64,000 nt of DNA from Azolla caroliniana (taxonomy: Eukaryota; Plantae; Polypodiophyta). The stretch lies in the NCBI GenBank assembly GCA_043228905.1, contig JBHGNT010000006.1, positions 15,624,001 to 15,688,000 of the forward strand, read 5' to 3'. This document shows positions 49,501 through 62,489 of this stretch, piece by piece. The position numbers were made by a program, and so were the translations under genes. Position 1 is the stretch's first letter. Every line of letters begins with the position of its first letter. The notes under the pieces were generated by a model. That model was not told where the DNA came from. It searched no databases and saw only the letters and a list, made by a program, of their open reading frames with translations.

Positions 49501-50165
49501 GAAAAGAAAATTCTAAGATAATTAAGAATATAAATTATATGGTAAGAAAGAAAGATATGAAAAACTCGTGAATCCCACGAGTATAGTGTATTAATGGATA
49601 CTTAGAATGTAAGAGAGAAATAGATGGCAAAATCGTGAATGCCACGAATATTTTTTTATTAATCAATCCTTGTAAAATAATCAACAACCCCCCATACATC
49701 TTTCTCTCCTCCTTATATACGGATGGAAGAGGCTAAGCATAACTTCATGCTTTTTCTAGAGTGTTCATGCACACTAAATGTGCATGAGTTGCCTTTTTAC
49801 ACTATGCTTCTATTTCCTAAATATAGTGCTCATGCTCATTAAATGTGAAAGAGTCATTTTTCATTGCTGTACATTTTTTTATTATAAATAAAGTATCCAC
49901 GCATTCTAAAAAAATGCATGACTTACCTTTTAATAAAGGTAGGCGTAAATAAAGGTCTTATATGTATTAAATCTATATTTAAAACACTTAGGATAAGTTA
50001 GTACAATGGTAAGGTTGGGGTTTGTCTACATGGAGGTATAGGGTTTGAATCTTGCCCTATGCACGTAATAAATATTTTTAATATTTTATTTTATTTATTA
50101 TACGTACTTTAAATCGGATATAGTATTTTACATATTTTACGTAGTGTGTGATTCACACTATGACA
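46532..50165 (-). mobile_element. Three-LTR Gypsy structure D/E with tRNA-Trp PBS
   Basis: Outer LTRs 46532-47262 and 49434-50165 are highly similar; middle LTR 48494-49213 is diverged; 4-bp TSD GCGT; PBS TGGTGAACCCGA(C/T)GTG at 48474-48489 and 49414-49429; gag fragment EFDGKDVSRYL at 48114-48374. Confidence 0.85.
47267..48103 (+). mobile_element. Copia 5' fragment related to F (LTR 47267-47846, PBS-iMet, gag start)
   Basis: TGGTATCAGAGC at 47850-47861; MFKLTGSNYSVWKSKMRDML from 47877; truncated near 48103. Confidence 0.9.
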
Positions 50166-50394
50166 GCGTATCGAGTTCCTGAGTGCTAATACATATTTAC
50201 AAAAATGTTCACAGTGTTAGAGGCTTACCTGGAGTCCTGGCGCTCAATTTTCTTTGAAGACATGGTTGATCTTGTCCATGTTTAGGCGGAGATCTTACTT
50301 TGGTGCTTCGTGTTCTATGTGCTTTGTTTGCTCTATGTGCTCTTGTGCTTTGTTCTGCGCGTGTGCTTCGTGTGATTGAAATATGAGGAGGTCT

Positions 50395-51189
50395 TCCTAT
50401 TTATAGGGATTGACCACAATGGTTAAAGTAACCACAATCACTTTAACCAGGGTTGGCAAGCTTGAGGTTAGTTAGGGTAGTAACCACAGTCACTTTAACC
50501 AGAGTTACTTATGAATGCATCAATGATTAAATAGTCAAACTAATATATTGATGATTATTTTATAGTCAAACTAACATACAATGACTTTGAAGGTCATGAA
50601 GGAAACAATGATAGAGGTTCATGAATGAACCAATGATTGATTACTCAAAGCAACATTTTTATGACTCTTAATTGCTTTGTATTAAAGATGTGGCCATGAA
50701 TGAACCAATGATTGAAAAGTCTTATATTTAAAATGGTGGGCATGAATGAACCAATCACAAAGAAGTTCTATATTAAATATATGGGTGCCATTAATTAACC
50801 AATGATTTTAACTTTAAACCAACATATATGAATGAACCAATGACTGAGAAGTTCTATATTAAATATGGGTGCCATTAATTAACTAATGATTTTAACTTTA
50901 AACCAATGATTATGGTTGGGTAATGATTGTAATTATATTATACTTGATTTAACTTTATACAGTCTAGTTTAAGTAATTATTAATATGTTGAATACAATTA
51001 TTATATTAAAATAATATCTTTATGTATTGTATTAATATAATATTAAATAATATAGACATTATATTGAGGGAGCTTCTGTTTAGAGAGGAGTTTATGTTTA
51101 GAGATGAGTTTATGTTTAGAGAGGAGCTTATCAATTTTTTATGTTAGCCTAAGCACATAACTTAAAGAGCTTTGTGTGAACCTTAAGCC
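50395..51189. promoter_or_regulatory. AT-rich divergent promoter region with TATA box and repeated CCAAT motifs
   Basis: CTATAAATAGG on the minus strand at about 50396-50406; AACCAAT(G/C)A repeated about 6 times between 50625 and 50910. Confidence 0.55.
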
Positions 51190-53798
51190 ATGAGTGAAGA
51201 CTCACCGTTCTCGATTGAAGAATATTGTTTGTCATCATACTCTTCGTTTTCTACCGAAGAGTATTGTTTGTCGACAGACTCACCATTTTCTATTGAAGAA
51301 TATTGTCTCTCGATAGACTCACCATATTCTATCGAAGAATATTGTTTAAGCTCATCTTCACCTACAACGAATGTGAATAATGACACATGTGAAGAGTTCT
51401 CTATTGAAGAATACGATATTAATAAAGATACGGAGAATGAAGGTAGTGCCAATGAAACATCAAATATCATGGACGATGGTCACAACAAAGAATTGGATAG
51501 TAACAAGGTTACACCAACTTCTATGCAGGAAGAGAAATCTAGAAGCCCTATGCATATTAGAAGAATCCCACGAAGAATTCGTCTGGCTAGATTTAACTTG
51601 GTGACATCAGATAAAAAGATTGGATTTGATGTCAAAAAAATATGTTGTCCCCGTGGTTGTATGTCTATGATTGGAAAATCAAAGTTGCGAGAATTAAGGC
51701 GATACTAATTTTCGATGACTGGTGATGAGCAAGTCTCACTTACCTCGGGTCACATATGCAACTAGTGTCTGACAAATGTATGGGGATCAAAGTATCATTC
51801 GAGTATTATATCTTCCATGCGCAACAAATATGTAGAGTTGCATTCAAAATTGCGTTATGTGTTAGTAACATGCGGCTACATAGAGTACAACAACGTCTAC
51901 TTAGCGGGGATCAGATGCTCAATTGTAAAGAGGTTCCAAGTATGAAAGGTGCAATTGGAAGACATGCTATTGGTTGGATGAAAAGTTACTTTCAGTTAAA
52001 TTGTGAAGTAATGCCCACTACAGGTAGGATGCACCTCTTTGATAATTACACACATCGGGAAGTTTATGATGTCTATCGATCTGATATGTTGGGCTCACGT
52101 AATAAGTGTGTCACATATAGCCAATTCACAAGATTATGGAGAGCTCGGTTTTCAAATGTTATCATTCCCCGTAAAGTACGCATGGGATATTGCTCCATTT
52201 GTGCAGATCTTAAAAGTTTGGCTAAAGGTGCAAAGACATCAATGGAAAAGGATATGAGTAAGAAGTTACTACAGGAGCATCGTGAGGCACAATTGTTAAA
52301 GCGAAAGAAGGCGATGCATCATAGAGAGAAGTGTTTGAAGAGGCCCGAACAATACATGTGCTTAATGATAGATGGCATGGAGCAGAAGAAGACGTGCTTG
52401 CCGCATATGCGGAGGCTCCCCAAAGACGTCAATAATGAGTGCCTTGTTCAAATGCACTTGGTGGGATGCTTGGCTTATAATAGGTCAGTTGGACCTCACG
52501 TCTTCATTACATACCCCAGTCTTCACAATGACCCTAACCTAACAGTTACAGTGATTCACCGAGTTTTGATGTCTTGGAGCCAACCATTCCCCCCTGTTCT
52601 ATACATTCAATTGGACAATATTGCTAGAGAGAACAAAAATTCAACTGTGTTTGGCTATCTAACTATGTTGGTCAACCAAGGATTGTTTAGGAAAGTGAAA
52701 GTCAAATTTCTTTTGGTTGGCCACACACATGATCATATAGATCAAATGTTTAGCACATTCTCCAGACTATTGTCTCGGCATCATGCTTTCACATTACCTA
52801 AACTATTTGATGTCATTTGTGATGCATATATACCACACCCAAAAGTGTTACACTTGAAGGAGGTATATGACTTTAAGAGATATATATCAGATGGGGGTGG
52901 TGGGAATGTTAAATTGCTCGCCCAGTTAAACAATATAAGCTTCAATCACATTGTATTGGAACAAAAACGGTTATGGCTCCAAGCCTTAGAAAAAAAATGA
53001 AAGCATATTGAGGCCACCAAGAAATATGCCGCATAAAAAGACACGTCATGGTGGAATGTATTTTTTAGTGATCAAAAAGGAATTATAGACAATTGTGTAT
53101 TTGGTGATAATTGGAATTTGGAAACACCATTCACATGGTCGTTGCAACATGATCGTGTAAATAAAACTCCGGAGCAACCAGCAAATGAGATTAATGACAA
53201 TTTGGTCCATCCACAACAAAGAGACATTTATGTGGGACCAAGGATGACCAAAGCAACCGAAGCTAGATGGCAAGGCAATTTACAACAGCTCGCAACGGGG
53301 ATGTTTATTGCAACACCGGCTGATGAGAACTCACATGGCCACCAATTTTGGGTTGGTAAAATTCTAGAAGTGTTAATGCATGAAATAGAAAACACGATCA
53401 AGTCTATAAACATTCATTGTTACAACACTAGAAGTGCAAATGCTTTTACAGGTAAGTATACATTGGAGATGATTGAGTGCCCAACAACAAGGGGAGGTAG
53501 GCAGAGGAAGTGAAACATACGTAACACCTTGACCCTTGATATCTCTGATGTGGATATTATCGTGTACGACTTCACGCTTACAAAAGCCAGACGATTAAGG
53601 AAGTCAACAATAGATATAATAAAAGAAAAATTACTAGGTCTACAAGCTGGCTTGAGTCGAAGACAAACGAGATCTGCTACATATAATCTAGAGTCAAACC
53701 ATTTGGTTTATGACAAAGATAATGCACTGATTGGTACATCCGAGGATGACGAGGAGGAATCGTCATTGTATATTAGTTATTTTAGTGATTCTCCGTAA
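51190..53798 (+). pseudogene. DDD/E transposase, tentatively Sola1-like (GHTHxDID type), with stops and frameshifts
   Basis: Cys/His motifs CCPRGC, ICRVAF, CSICADL...H; catalytic-like CLMIDGM, IQLDNIARENKN, FLLVGHTHDHIDQMFS; C-terminal FWVGKI.EV motif. Confidence 0.75.
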
Positions 53799-56277
53799 AG
53801 GAGTGATCATGAATGTAGTTTTGGCTATTAAGTGTAACTACATTCCGCTTGTGTTTTGAATTCTTATGATTTCTAAAAAAGAGTTTCTTATAAAATAACA
53901 TTGGTTGTAAAGTTTGTGATATAAATTGAATGTAAATTTTTGAAATTCCTCTTTTATTATTTACTTCTAAATCACGAAAATAGTGGATTTTTAACCTTTT
54001 TCATAGTATGTTTGAACATGTTTGGACTCGATTTGTCTATCCAGAGGCAAATATATCCCCAAACTCTCCTTCCCCGATCATTGCTAGTATGGTAAACAGA
54101 TAGCCGAATCACACCCGACATCATCTCCAAGAGAATCGAGTCCACTCAATTTGGTCCACTTGGACATCTGTGGTACTATGCCACATCAGTCTCTCGGTGG
54201 TGCCTTGTTCTTTGTCAGCTTTATCGACAACTCAACTCGCAAGGTGTGGGCTTATCCGATCAAAACCAAAGATCAAGTGTTGTTGATGTTTTCCAAATGA
54301 TTCGCAATTGTAGAGAACGAATCCAGTCAAAAGCTAAAATGCCTTCGAACCGATAATGGAGGAGAGTTCAAGTCTGAAGAATTCGTCAAATTTTTCCGAT
54401 AGTGTGGCATTCGACATGAATATGCAACACCCTATTGTCCAGAGAAGAATGAAATTGTCGAGCGGATGAATCGAATAATTCAAGAAAGGATAGTATCCAT
54501 GCTCCAACACAATAGATTGCCAGATTGTTTTTGGGCAGAGCCCCTACTTACGGAGTAGGCCTCTAGGACTTCGAATACCTCAGGAATTATGACCAACAAT
54601 AAGCCGCATTGTGACAAGCTGAGGATTTTCGAATGCGAGGCATGCGCCCTCATACTGAAAGACGACCGCCACAAACTTACACCAAGGACCAGGAAATGCT
54701 TTTTTATCAATTATGGACCAGACGGTGAGTTCAGATACTGACTCTGGGACCCTGAGCAGAGAGAGATCGTCTGAAGTTCAGACATAGTGTTCAATGAGTT
54801 GGCTATGCATACGAAGGTCGAAAGGCCTATTGAAGTCCGAAGTGTAGTTTTCTCATACATGACAACCCTTCACGGAGGCTCAACCCATAACACAAGGTTA
54901 GCTTCCCAGGTAACCGAACCCTCAAGCCCTCAATCGGCAGTGACCGATTCGGCTTTGCATCATCCGACTCCGAGACCCGATGGGACCAATCCAATCATAC
55001 CTCGAAGATCCGAGAGACTGTCACAACCCCTATAGAGGTATTGCCCTGAAATCTTCTTTATGGACACCGGCGAACCAACGTCATGCAAAGAAGCATCGGC
55101 ATCATCCAATTCGGCCACATGGCATTTGGCGATGGAGTTAGAAATGAAATCAATTCAGGCAAACAAGACTTGGAACTTGGTTGAATTACCGAAGAATCAA
55201 CGTGCTCTTCCATGCAAATGGATCTATCGAATAAAAGAGACATCTGATTTAGTTTCCCCAAAGTACAAGGCGATGTTAGTAGCAAAGGGTCTTCGACAGG
55301 ATTATGGCATCGACTTCGACGAGATCTTTTCACTAGTGGTGAAACTAGAAACCCTTTGATTCATGCTCGTTGTTGTGGTAGTCGAAGATTTGGAGTTGAT
55401 TTAGCTAGATGTAAAAACGACATTCCTCCATGGTGAGTTAAAGGAGGAAATTTATATGGAGCAGCCAAAAGGATTTCTGGAATTTGGCAAGGAACATCTA
55501 GTCCGTCGATTTCATCCAATCGATCGGCTTCGTAAACAACGATGAAGACCATTGCCTCTTCACTAAAATAGCTCAAGATGGGCTCCCATCTTCCTCATCT
55601 TATGTGTGGATGACATGTTATTCTTAGGTAGACATGCTGGAGAGCTTGTCAATCTTCTTCAGCAACTGCGGTTGAAGTTTTCCATGAAAAATCTAGGTCC
55701 TACTCAACAAATTCTCGGTATGAAGATTAGTCAGTTCCGGAATCGATGACAAATTCTTGTCTCAAGCTAACTACATCAGACGTTCCTGAGAGCGCTTCAA
55801 CATGCAATAAACAAAATCTGCTTTGACCTAGGTCCCCATTCGCCTTCGACTATCTTAGCAAGACTACCTGACATCCGGTCCGGAGGAAGAAGATATGAAG
55901 TCAGTACCACGTATGCACCATCAATCGGCTCCTTGATGTACATGATGGTTGCGACATGGCTTGACATTGCTCATGTCGTCGGAGTCGTTAGCAAATTCAT
56001 GCACAATCCTGGCCGATTGCATTGGAACTCAGTAAAGCATGTGTTCAGACACCTCTCTTAGGCACAAAACACTATGGCATCTTATTTGGCTCGAATGACA
56101 CTTCAGGTGTAGTCGGATACACCGGCTCAGAGTTTTCCGTCTATGTGGACAGTCGAAAATCAATAACCGGATATTGTTTCAAATTAGGCAATGGAGCGAT
56201 TTCATGGAAATCAAAACTATAGGAGTGCATTGCCACATCAACAACCGAGGCCAAATACGTAGCCTCATCTGATGTGG

Positions 56278-59200
56278 TGTCGTGAAGATTTTCGGCAACA
56301 GTGTGAAAATTGCGAGGAATATACAAAATCGAGTGTGGTTCTTCACACATAATATGAAACAATAATAGTGAGGATATTATTTTATATAAGTTTAATACCT
56401 TGGTATGAAAACAGGGATGTATTGAAGAGCTTCCGAATGCATTTTACTACATGTGAAACGGAGAACTTAGTGTCAAATTATGTGAGTGTGAAGTTTAAGA
56501 AGAAGAAGAGGAAAACAAAACTGTGAGATATCCCACATAGATAGGACAACATCAAGATTCAAGAGTATATAAGTAGAGCCATATCTCTTTATATTTCATC
56601 TATGTGCTAGGAGCACAAAAAGGTTGGGTTTTATAACTTGGATGAATGGATGCGGCCAAGATATTCAAATAGTGTTTTGGACGGAACCGAAACGGACGAA
56701 CGTCAACGGAACCAAAACTAGATTGGATCATCGAACCGGATAGACGAAATCACCCGGTCAGATGAGGACCTGATGGACCGGATAGACGGGTCGGTTGGAT
56801 AGGTTGATCGCGAACCACGGTGTCTTGAAGATTTTCGATGTGAAACGGAAAAAAAAAACCGAGTCATTTCTGTAAGTTATATTTTATCATTATACTTTCA
56901 CATGTAAATTCTCATACATGAGAGCTTGAATGAGTGACATGTTTATCATGAAACACATGTAATGCATGAGCGCCAAATGGCAAACATGCATCTCATGCAT
57001 CGCATGCATGTCTTGCACCCTCACATGTATCATATGCATGGGTTCATCTATAAAAAAGTGGATGAAGAAGAAAAATGAGCTAGGTATTAATAAAGAATTT
57101 AACAAGAAGAAAATTTGTTATCCTTATCCGAGCTCCAAATTTAGAGAATCCTTCTGGTCCAGAACCCCGACGGTTCAGCCTCACGATCGTCGAACAAATG
57201 ATGAGATCTCAGGACAACGATCCGAGCGTGGAGAAGACCGTCAACTGTGTCGTGGAGCTCGAGGGTCAATTTGATGGAAGGAACATTACGAAGTTCCTTG
57301 ATGCATACAAAAGGGAGATGAATCAAAGGGACATGTCCGAAGCGCGTCAAATTACAAGTTTCAAGAGAGTGGTCGCCAACAACATCCAAAGACATGTCAT
57401 TGAGCTTCAAGAAGGCAAGACAACACATGGTCTGAGTTCGAGAGAGCAATATTAGCAGAGTTCGCAATGGAAGATTTGTCAAGGATGACTCAACATGCCT
57501 TGATGAAATGGATAGAAAAGAAAAATAAGAAGATGAGCGCCTCGAGGGTGTACGACGAATTCGACCAGAGGTTTAATCGTTTCCCCAACACGGACCAAGT
57601 GTTGCTTGAGGAGGACAAGACTTTGTACTTCTTAAAAGCTCTGGATATGAAGGATAGAAGAGAATTGTGAACTCTTCTTGAAGATGATACCTAAGCAAAC
57701 GAGCTTGTGGCAGACTGGATTGTGGTGAAGCGAGCGTGCAACAAGTTCGACAAGCATCGTGAGTGGGTTGATGACACCAACTTGGCAGGATCGACCGGGC
57801 AGAAAACGAGACAACCGAAACTAGCAGAGCCACCCAAACAAAGCAACCCAGAAGAAAAGAAGATTGATGACGACAACATCGAAGAACTGGCGAAGAAGTT
57901 CGAGATGGTCACGATAGCCAACATGAATCGTCAAGGTCCCAAAGGAAAAAAACCCTTTAGATGCATGTGGTGTGATAGCATGGACCAAATAAGAAGGGAT
58001 TGTGCAAGCCTTCGAGACGTCGTTCGACAAAATATCGTATACATGGATAACAACATGATCTGCTCAAGTGAGACTAGAAGACCCCTACAAGTGAATTTCG
58101 GGAGAGGGGGAATGAAGAAAACCATGGAAAATGCCGAGGCGACTCATGTGGATGCAATGCACTATGCTACATTGGCCAGAATAAGAGTCGGGAAAGACAA
58201 AACTGAAGTTGCTAGAGTGGGACCAAAGTTTTGGTCTACCGTTCTCGAGTATGAGAACAAGGGAAAGGTCACTTTGAACGAGGTCGAGCTTGCAGACCAA
58301 AGTGTGGAAAGCATAACCAGATGGTCGGATCCTGTGGATGACAACACCATACTCGCGGAAGTGATGTGTGACAACCACGAGGTGTTTGTTGATGAAAAGA
58401 GAAAAAGAATGGAAGCGCAAGATAACCCATCAAAAAGACATGAAACAAGGAGCGCGAAAAAGAAAGAAGATACAGAAACAAGTCGAGCTTTACAAATGCA
58501 GGGAGACTCAAGCCAGAAAGGGGAGTCGAGCAAACAAGTCGAAGAAACGGTTCAGCTCGTGAAGGTTGGTCTCGAAGTTCCCACTCGGAAGACAAGAATT
58601 AAGCTAAGTTTGGACATAGAGCAAACGACAGATCTGAAGAAGATTCTCGAGGAACGTGTTCTTGATAGCCACGTGACCTTGTCCTTGAGGGACTTGCTTG
58701 GCATTACAAAGAAGTAGTTCCATGATACGATCGTGGACCTTGTAAAGAGAAAAAGAGAACAATCAGACGAGGAAGAAGAGATGAAGTCGATGAAGATATG
58801 GTGGAGAGCCACTATACTTGACCTCATTGGGCACGAGTGACAACAGAGACGCTGGTGAAGATCGGGGAGAAGAAAGAGACCGTGGTAGCCTTGATCGACC
58901 ATGGCTCGGAGATCAACCTCATGTCAACCGAGTTCTACATAAAAGTAAGATGGCCAATCAATACAAACCACGGATGGAAGATTCAAGCGGCAACAAAGGC
59001 CACGGAGGACTTGTACGGAGCTTGTCCCATTGTTAAAGTCATGATTGGGGATATGGAGATAGATCAACACTTCTTGGTGCAAGAATCGGCTTCGCATCCT
59101 GTCATCCTAGGACAACCATGTATCACATCATCCCGGATGGAGACCAAGCTGTTCGATAATGGTGCAGCCTTCGCGTTGATCAAGAGTCTTGACAACCAAA

Positions 59201-62200
59201 GATTTGTTCAATTCCTAACGGTGCAGGCTAATCATGAAAGAAATCAAGATAACCTTGGAGGCGACTCCTTGGATATTTAGAGATGACTATTGAAGCATGG
59301 GGCACAAATAGTCCGAGCAATCACAAGTCCCCACAAGAAAGTAGAGTGCGTGGATTGCAAGGAGAAGCAACATGTGTCACACCTAGTGGCGCATGTAAAC
59401 TAGTACTACCCAACAAGAAGGACAAGCGTCAGATACAAGACTTCGAGAAGATCTAAAAGAAGAAAACATAATTGAAGAAGAAGAAATCGTGACTCATATT
59501 ATGGAAGAGGCCTCATTTAACGACACCATCGGCGAAATCGAGGAAGTCGTGGACTTGAGCTATCTTTACAATCAACACGTGATTTCGGTTAACTCTATCA
59601 ACATGTACGCTATCATCGATGAATATCATCGAGGCATCTTGATGGAGGAAGCTGGAGTCAACACAAAATATGAAACAGTGGATAGAAAGATCAAGCCAGT
59701 TGCGGTTCCTCTACCCAAAGATAGCTAGCAAAAGATGAAGGAAGTCGCTAATGATCCAAGCTTAAGGGATCCAAAGGCAATAGGTCATGTATTCACCGAA
59801 GAGACGAAAAGAAAGCTATGAGTTGGGAAGGAGGATTTCCTCCTCCCTGAAGAGGAGTGAATGTTTCGCGGAATGCTTGAAAGACATGGGAAGACTTTCG
59901 CATTTTTCCCACAAGAAATCAGATCTGTTGATCCATGGACGACAGAACTGATGGTGATCTTCACAGTGCCGCATGTGCCTTGGAATTTGAAACCGATACC
60001 GGTTCCAAGAGCACACCTACCGAAGTTGATCGAGCTCTTAAAGGAGAAGGTGGATATGGGAATTTTGGAACCATCAAATGCTCCCTATTCTAATAGGTGA
60101 TTCACAGTTCCGAAGAAGAATGGATCATTGTCATTCATCGAAGATCTTCAACCCGTCAACAAGGTGACAAGTCGGAATGCTGGAATCAGTCCGACTATGG
60201 ATGAATTTGCCGAAGCGTTTGTGGGCAAGTCTATCTACTCCATTGGCGATCCCTACTCTGGTTACGATCAATTCCAGTTGGTGGTCAACAGTTCTGACAT
60301 TACAACTATGAGGACTCCGAGCAGGCTTGTGCGGATGTGTACCTTACCTCAACGTGCAACGAACTCGATGGCTCATATGGTGAATGCCATGAACAAGGTC
60401 TTCAAGGATTGCATGTTGGGCATCATGATGCCATTCTTGGATGATATTCCGATAAAAGGATGTTCGGATGAGGAGAGGGATGAATTGAAAGATAAGCAAG
60501 GGTGTAGAAAGTTCGTCGTGGATCATATAAAGGATTGTGAGAAGGTGCTCCAAAGACTCAAAGATACAAATTTGACATTTTCGGGAGAAAAATCCGTATT
60601 CGAGCAACCAGAGATCTTGGTGGTAGGTCACTTGTGTGGAGCATACGGCCGGAAGCCTTCGCCATCCAAGGTGAACACGATCCAGGACATGAAAGAAGAA
60701 TGCGTAACCCAAACGGAGGTTCAAAGGTTCCTTGGGGCATGCGCGTTTTATCATATCTGGATTCCACACTACACTCATGTCGTCGAGCCATTATATGGAT
60801 TGCTAAAGAAAAGAATGAAGTTCGAATGCCAAGACGAGCATACAAACGCGATGCGAAAATTAAAGAAACTACTTCTTGAAGCCCCAACACTAAGGAAGGC
60901 TGACTATACCGAAGGGAAGCCGATTTATGTGATTGTAGATATGAGCCCAACCGGAATCGGGTGAGTCATCAACCAAGAAGGAGAAGATAATGCACGGTAT
61001 GCCATCCGGTTCGGAGCAAAGGTTCTCAGTGAACGACAACAAAGATACGCCAAGTCAAGCGAGAACTTTGGGGTATTGTGTCTGCAATAAAGATGGACAA
61101 AGACTACCTGATCGGGTCGGAAGTGATAATTGAGACAGATTGTCTCCCAATCCTCAGGATGATCTCAGGATGTGTGACACCAGATCTAGCTATGCTAAGG
61201 TGGATCGCCTATATCAAGTCTTTAAACCCAGAGATCCGCCACATTGTAGGAAAGAAGAACGCCATGGCTGAGATGTTGTCGAGGGCGAGATTTGACAATG
61301 AAAGTGACATGGTTTCGAAAGATGAAGACATCACCCTCGACTTCTTCAAGATGGCTCGACAATCGGCGGAAGACAAGGACACGCTAACCCTCCAAGCCTT
61401 CAACGAGGACGAGTACGAAGGAGAGTGGTTACTGATCGGCAGATTCTTAAGGACAATGACGGTGGATGTTTTGTTGACGAAAGAGGAGGCTCTACGAATC
61501 CGGAAGAAAGCTTACCAATACTTCTTGAAGGGAGGATTCCTTTGGTGACGCCCAAAAAGAAGGACAGGAATGCCACGTCGAGTAGGAAGGGAGGATTCCT
61601 CTAGCGACGCCCAAAAAGAAGGAACGAAGCTCTTCGATCGACTAGGCGTGAAGCTCTCCCTCACAACTGCCTACAATCCAGAAGTGAGGGCATGGACTGA
61701 TTGTCTAAAGCCATCGTACGAGCATGCAACGGTCGAGTCGGGAACTGGCCATGACTATTGCCCTATGCCTTGTGGGCCGACAGAACTACACACAGTTCAG
61801 TGGCAGGGTATATTCCAACAGAGCTTATGGATGGACAGAAGCTGGTAATGCCCATCGAAAGGAAGATCGCCTCATGGGTAGCGATACCATGGGAGAACGA
61901 GATGAGCCGAGAAGAATTATTAGCGGCATGGATAAGGCAACTTGAAAGGAGACCTGAAAATCTAGAAAAAGCGCGAAAGATGATTGAGGCAGCCCAAGTG
62001 AAGAACAAAATTCGGTTCGACAAGACGCCAAGAAGAATTATTAGCGGCACGGATAAGGAAACTTGAAAGGAGTCCTGAAGATCTAGAAAAAGCGTGAAAG
62101 ATGATGAAGGCAGCCCGAGTGAAGAACAAAATTCGGTTCGACAAGACGCACCGACTGCGTCCCAAGAAGATCGAAGAAGGAGATTGGGTATTGGTCTACA

Positions 62201-62451
62201 ATAGCAGCCTTGACAATCAACACAAGACAACAAGGAAGTTAATAAGAAGATGGTTCGGATCGTATGTGGTGACAAGTGCCAACGACAAAGCCACATACCA
62301 CCTTGCGGAGCTAGACGGATCTAGGTTGGCCATGCCCATTGCGGGAAGAGAATATGAGGATCCTAACCTTGATCACATCAACAATGAAGATAGTAGGACT
62401 GAACCTACAGATTTGAGTTATGTGAACGAGGACATGGAGGAATCTGATTAA
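56278..62451 (+). mobile_element. Non-chromovirus Gypsy K (gag-PR-RT-RH-IN), degenerate; gag related to D/E
   Basis: Probable LTR from TGTCGTG at 56278; FDGRNITKFL; CMWCDSMDQIRRDC; LIDHGSEIN; YSGYDQF, FLDD; IETDCLP; YALWADRTT; WFGSY. About 120-bp internal duplication at 61909-62148. Confidence 0.85.
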
Positions 62452-62489
62452 TCACCGTAGCTGAAATCTCACACACTCTCTTCTTGGCA

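Larger units (their letters stand above)
41467..50263 (-). pseudogene. Six-exon gene: ParB/Srx-like domain fused to a beta-class amino (N6A/N4C) DNA methyltransferase; lesions in the 5' part of exon 2 and in the tail
   Basis: Exons 50263-50229, 44684-43057, 42980-42842, 42758-42292, 42203-41911 and 41819-41467, all GT-AG and phase-compatible. Motifs: YFVIGGSHS; VVCGDVVEMI...LMIADIPY; spliced W|IK; NAIEYIMVG; NPYQKP..LMMRLI; spliced ILDLFSGIG|TTSACALKLFRNTVALE. Confidence 0.85.
40415..54040. mobile_element. Putative large DNA transposon carrying a transposase and a ParB-methyltransferase gene
   Basis: Non-retro block embedded in Copia J, with two divergent genes. Left edge is TTAA-CACGTTCGCG; the right terminus was not identified. 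Confidence 0.65.
38522..56277 (+). mobile_element. Copia J, interrupted by the DNA-transposon-like unit and truncated by Gypsy K
   Basis: LTR 38522-38783; PBS-iMet at 38785-38796; degenerate gag-protease 39400-40415; integrase-RT-RH resumes at about 54040-56277 (CKWIYRIK, YKAMLVAKG, AISWKSKL). Confidence 0.85.

Noticed and set aside
54011-54030. GAACATGTTTG as the right terminal inverted repeat matching TTAACACGTTC
   Set aside because: Only 8 of 11 positions match, there is no TTAA, and the match does not extend.
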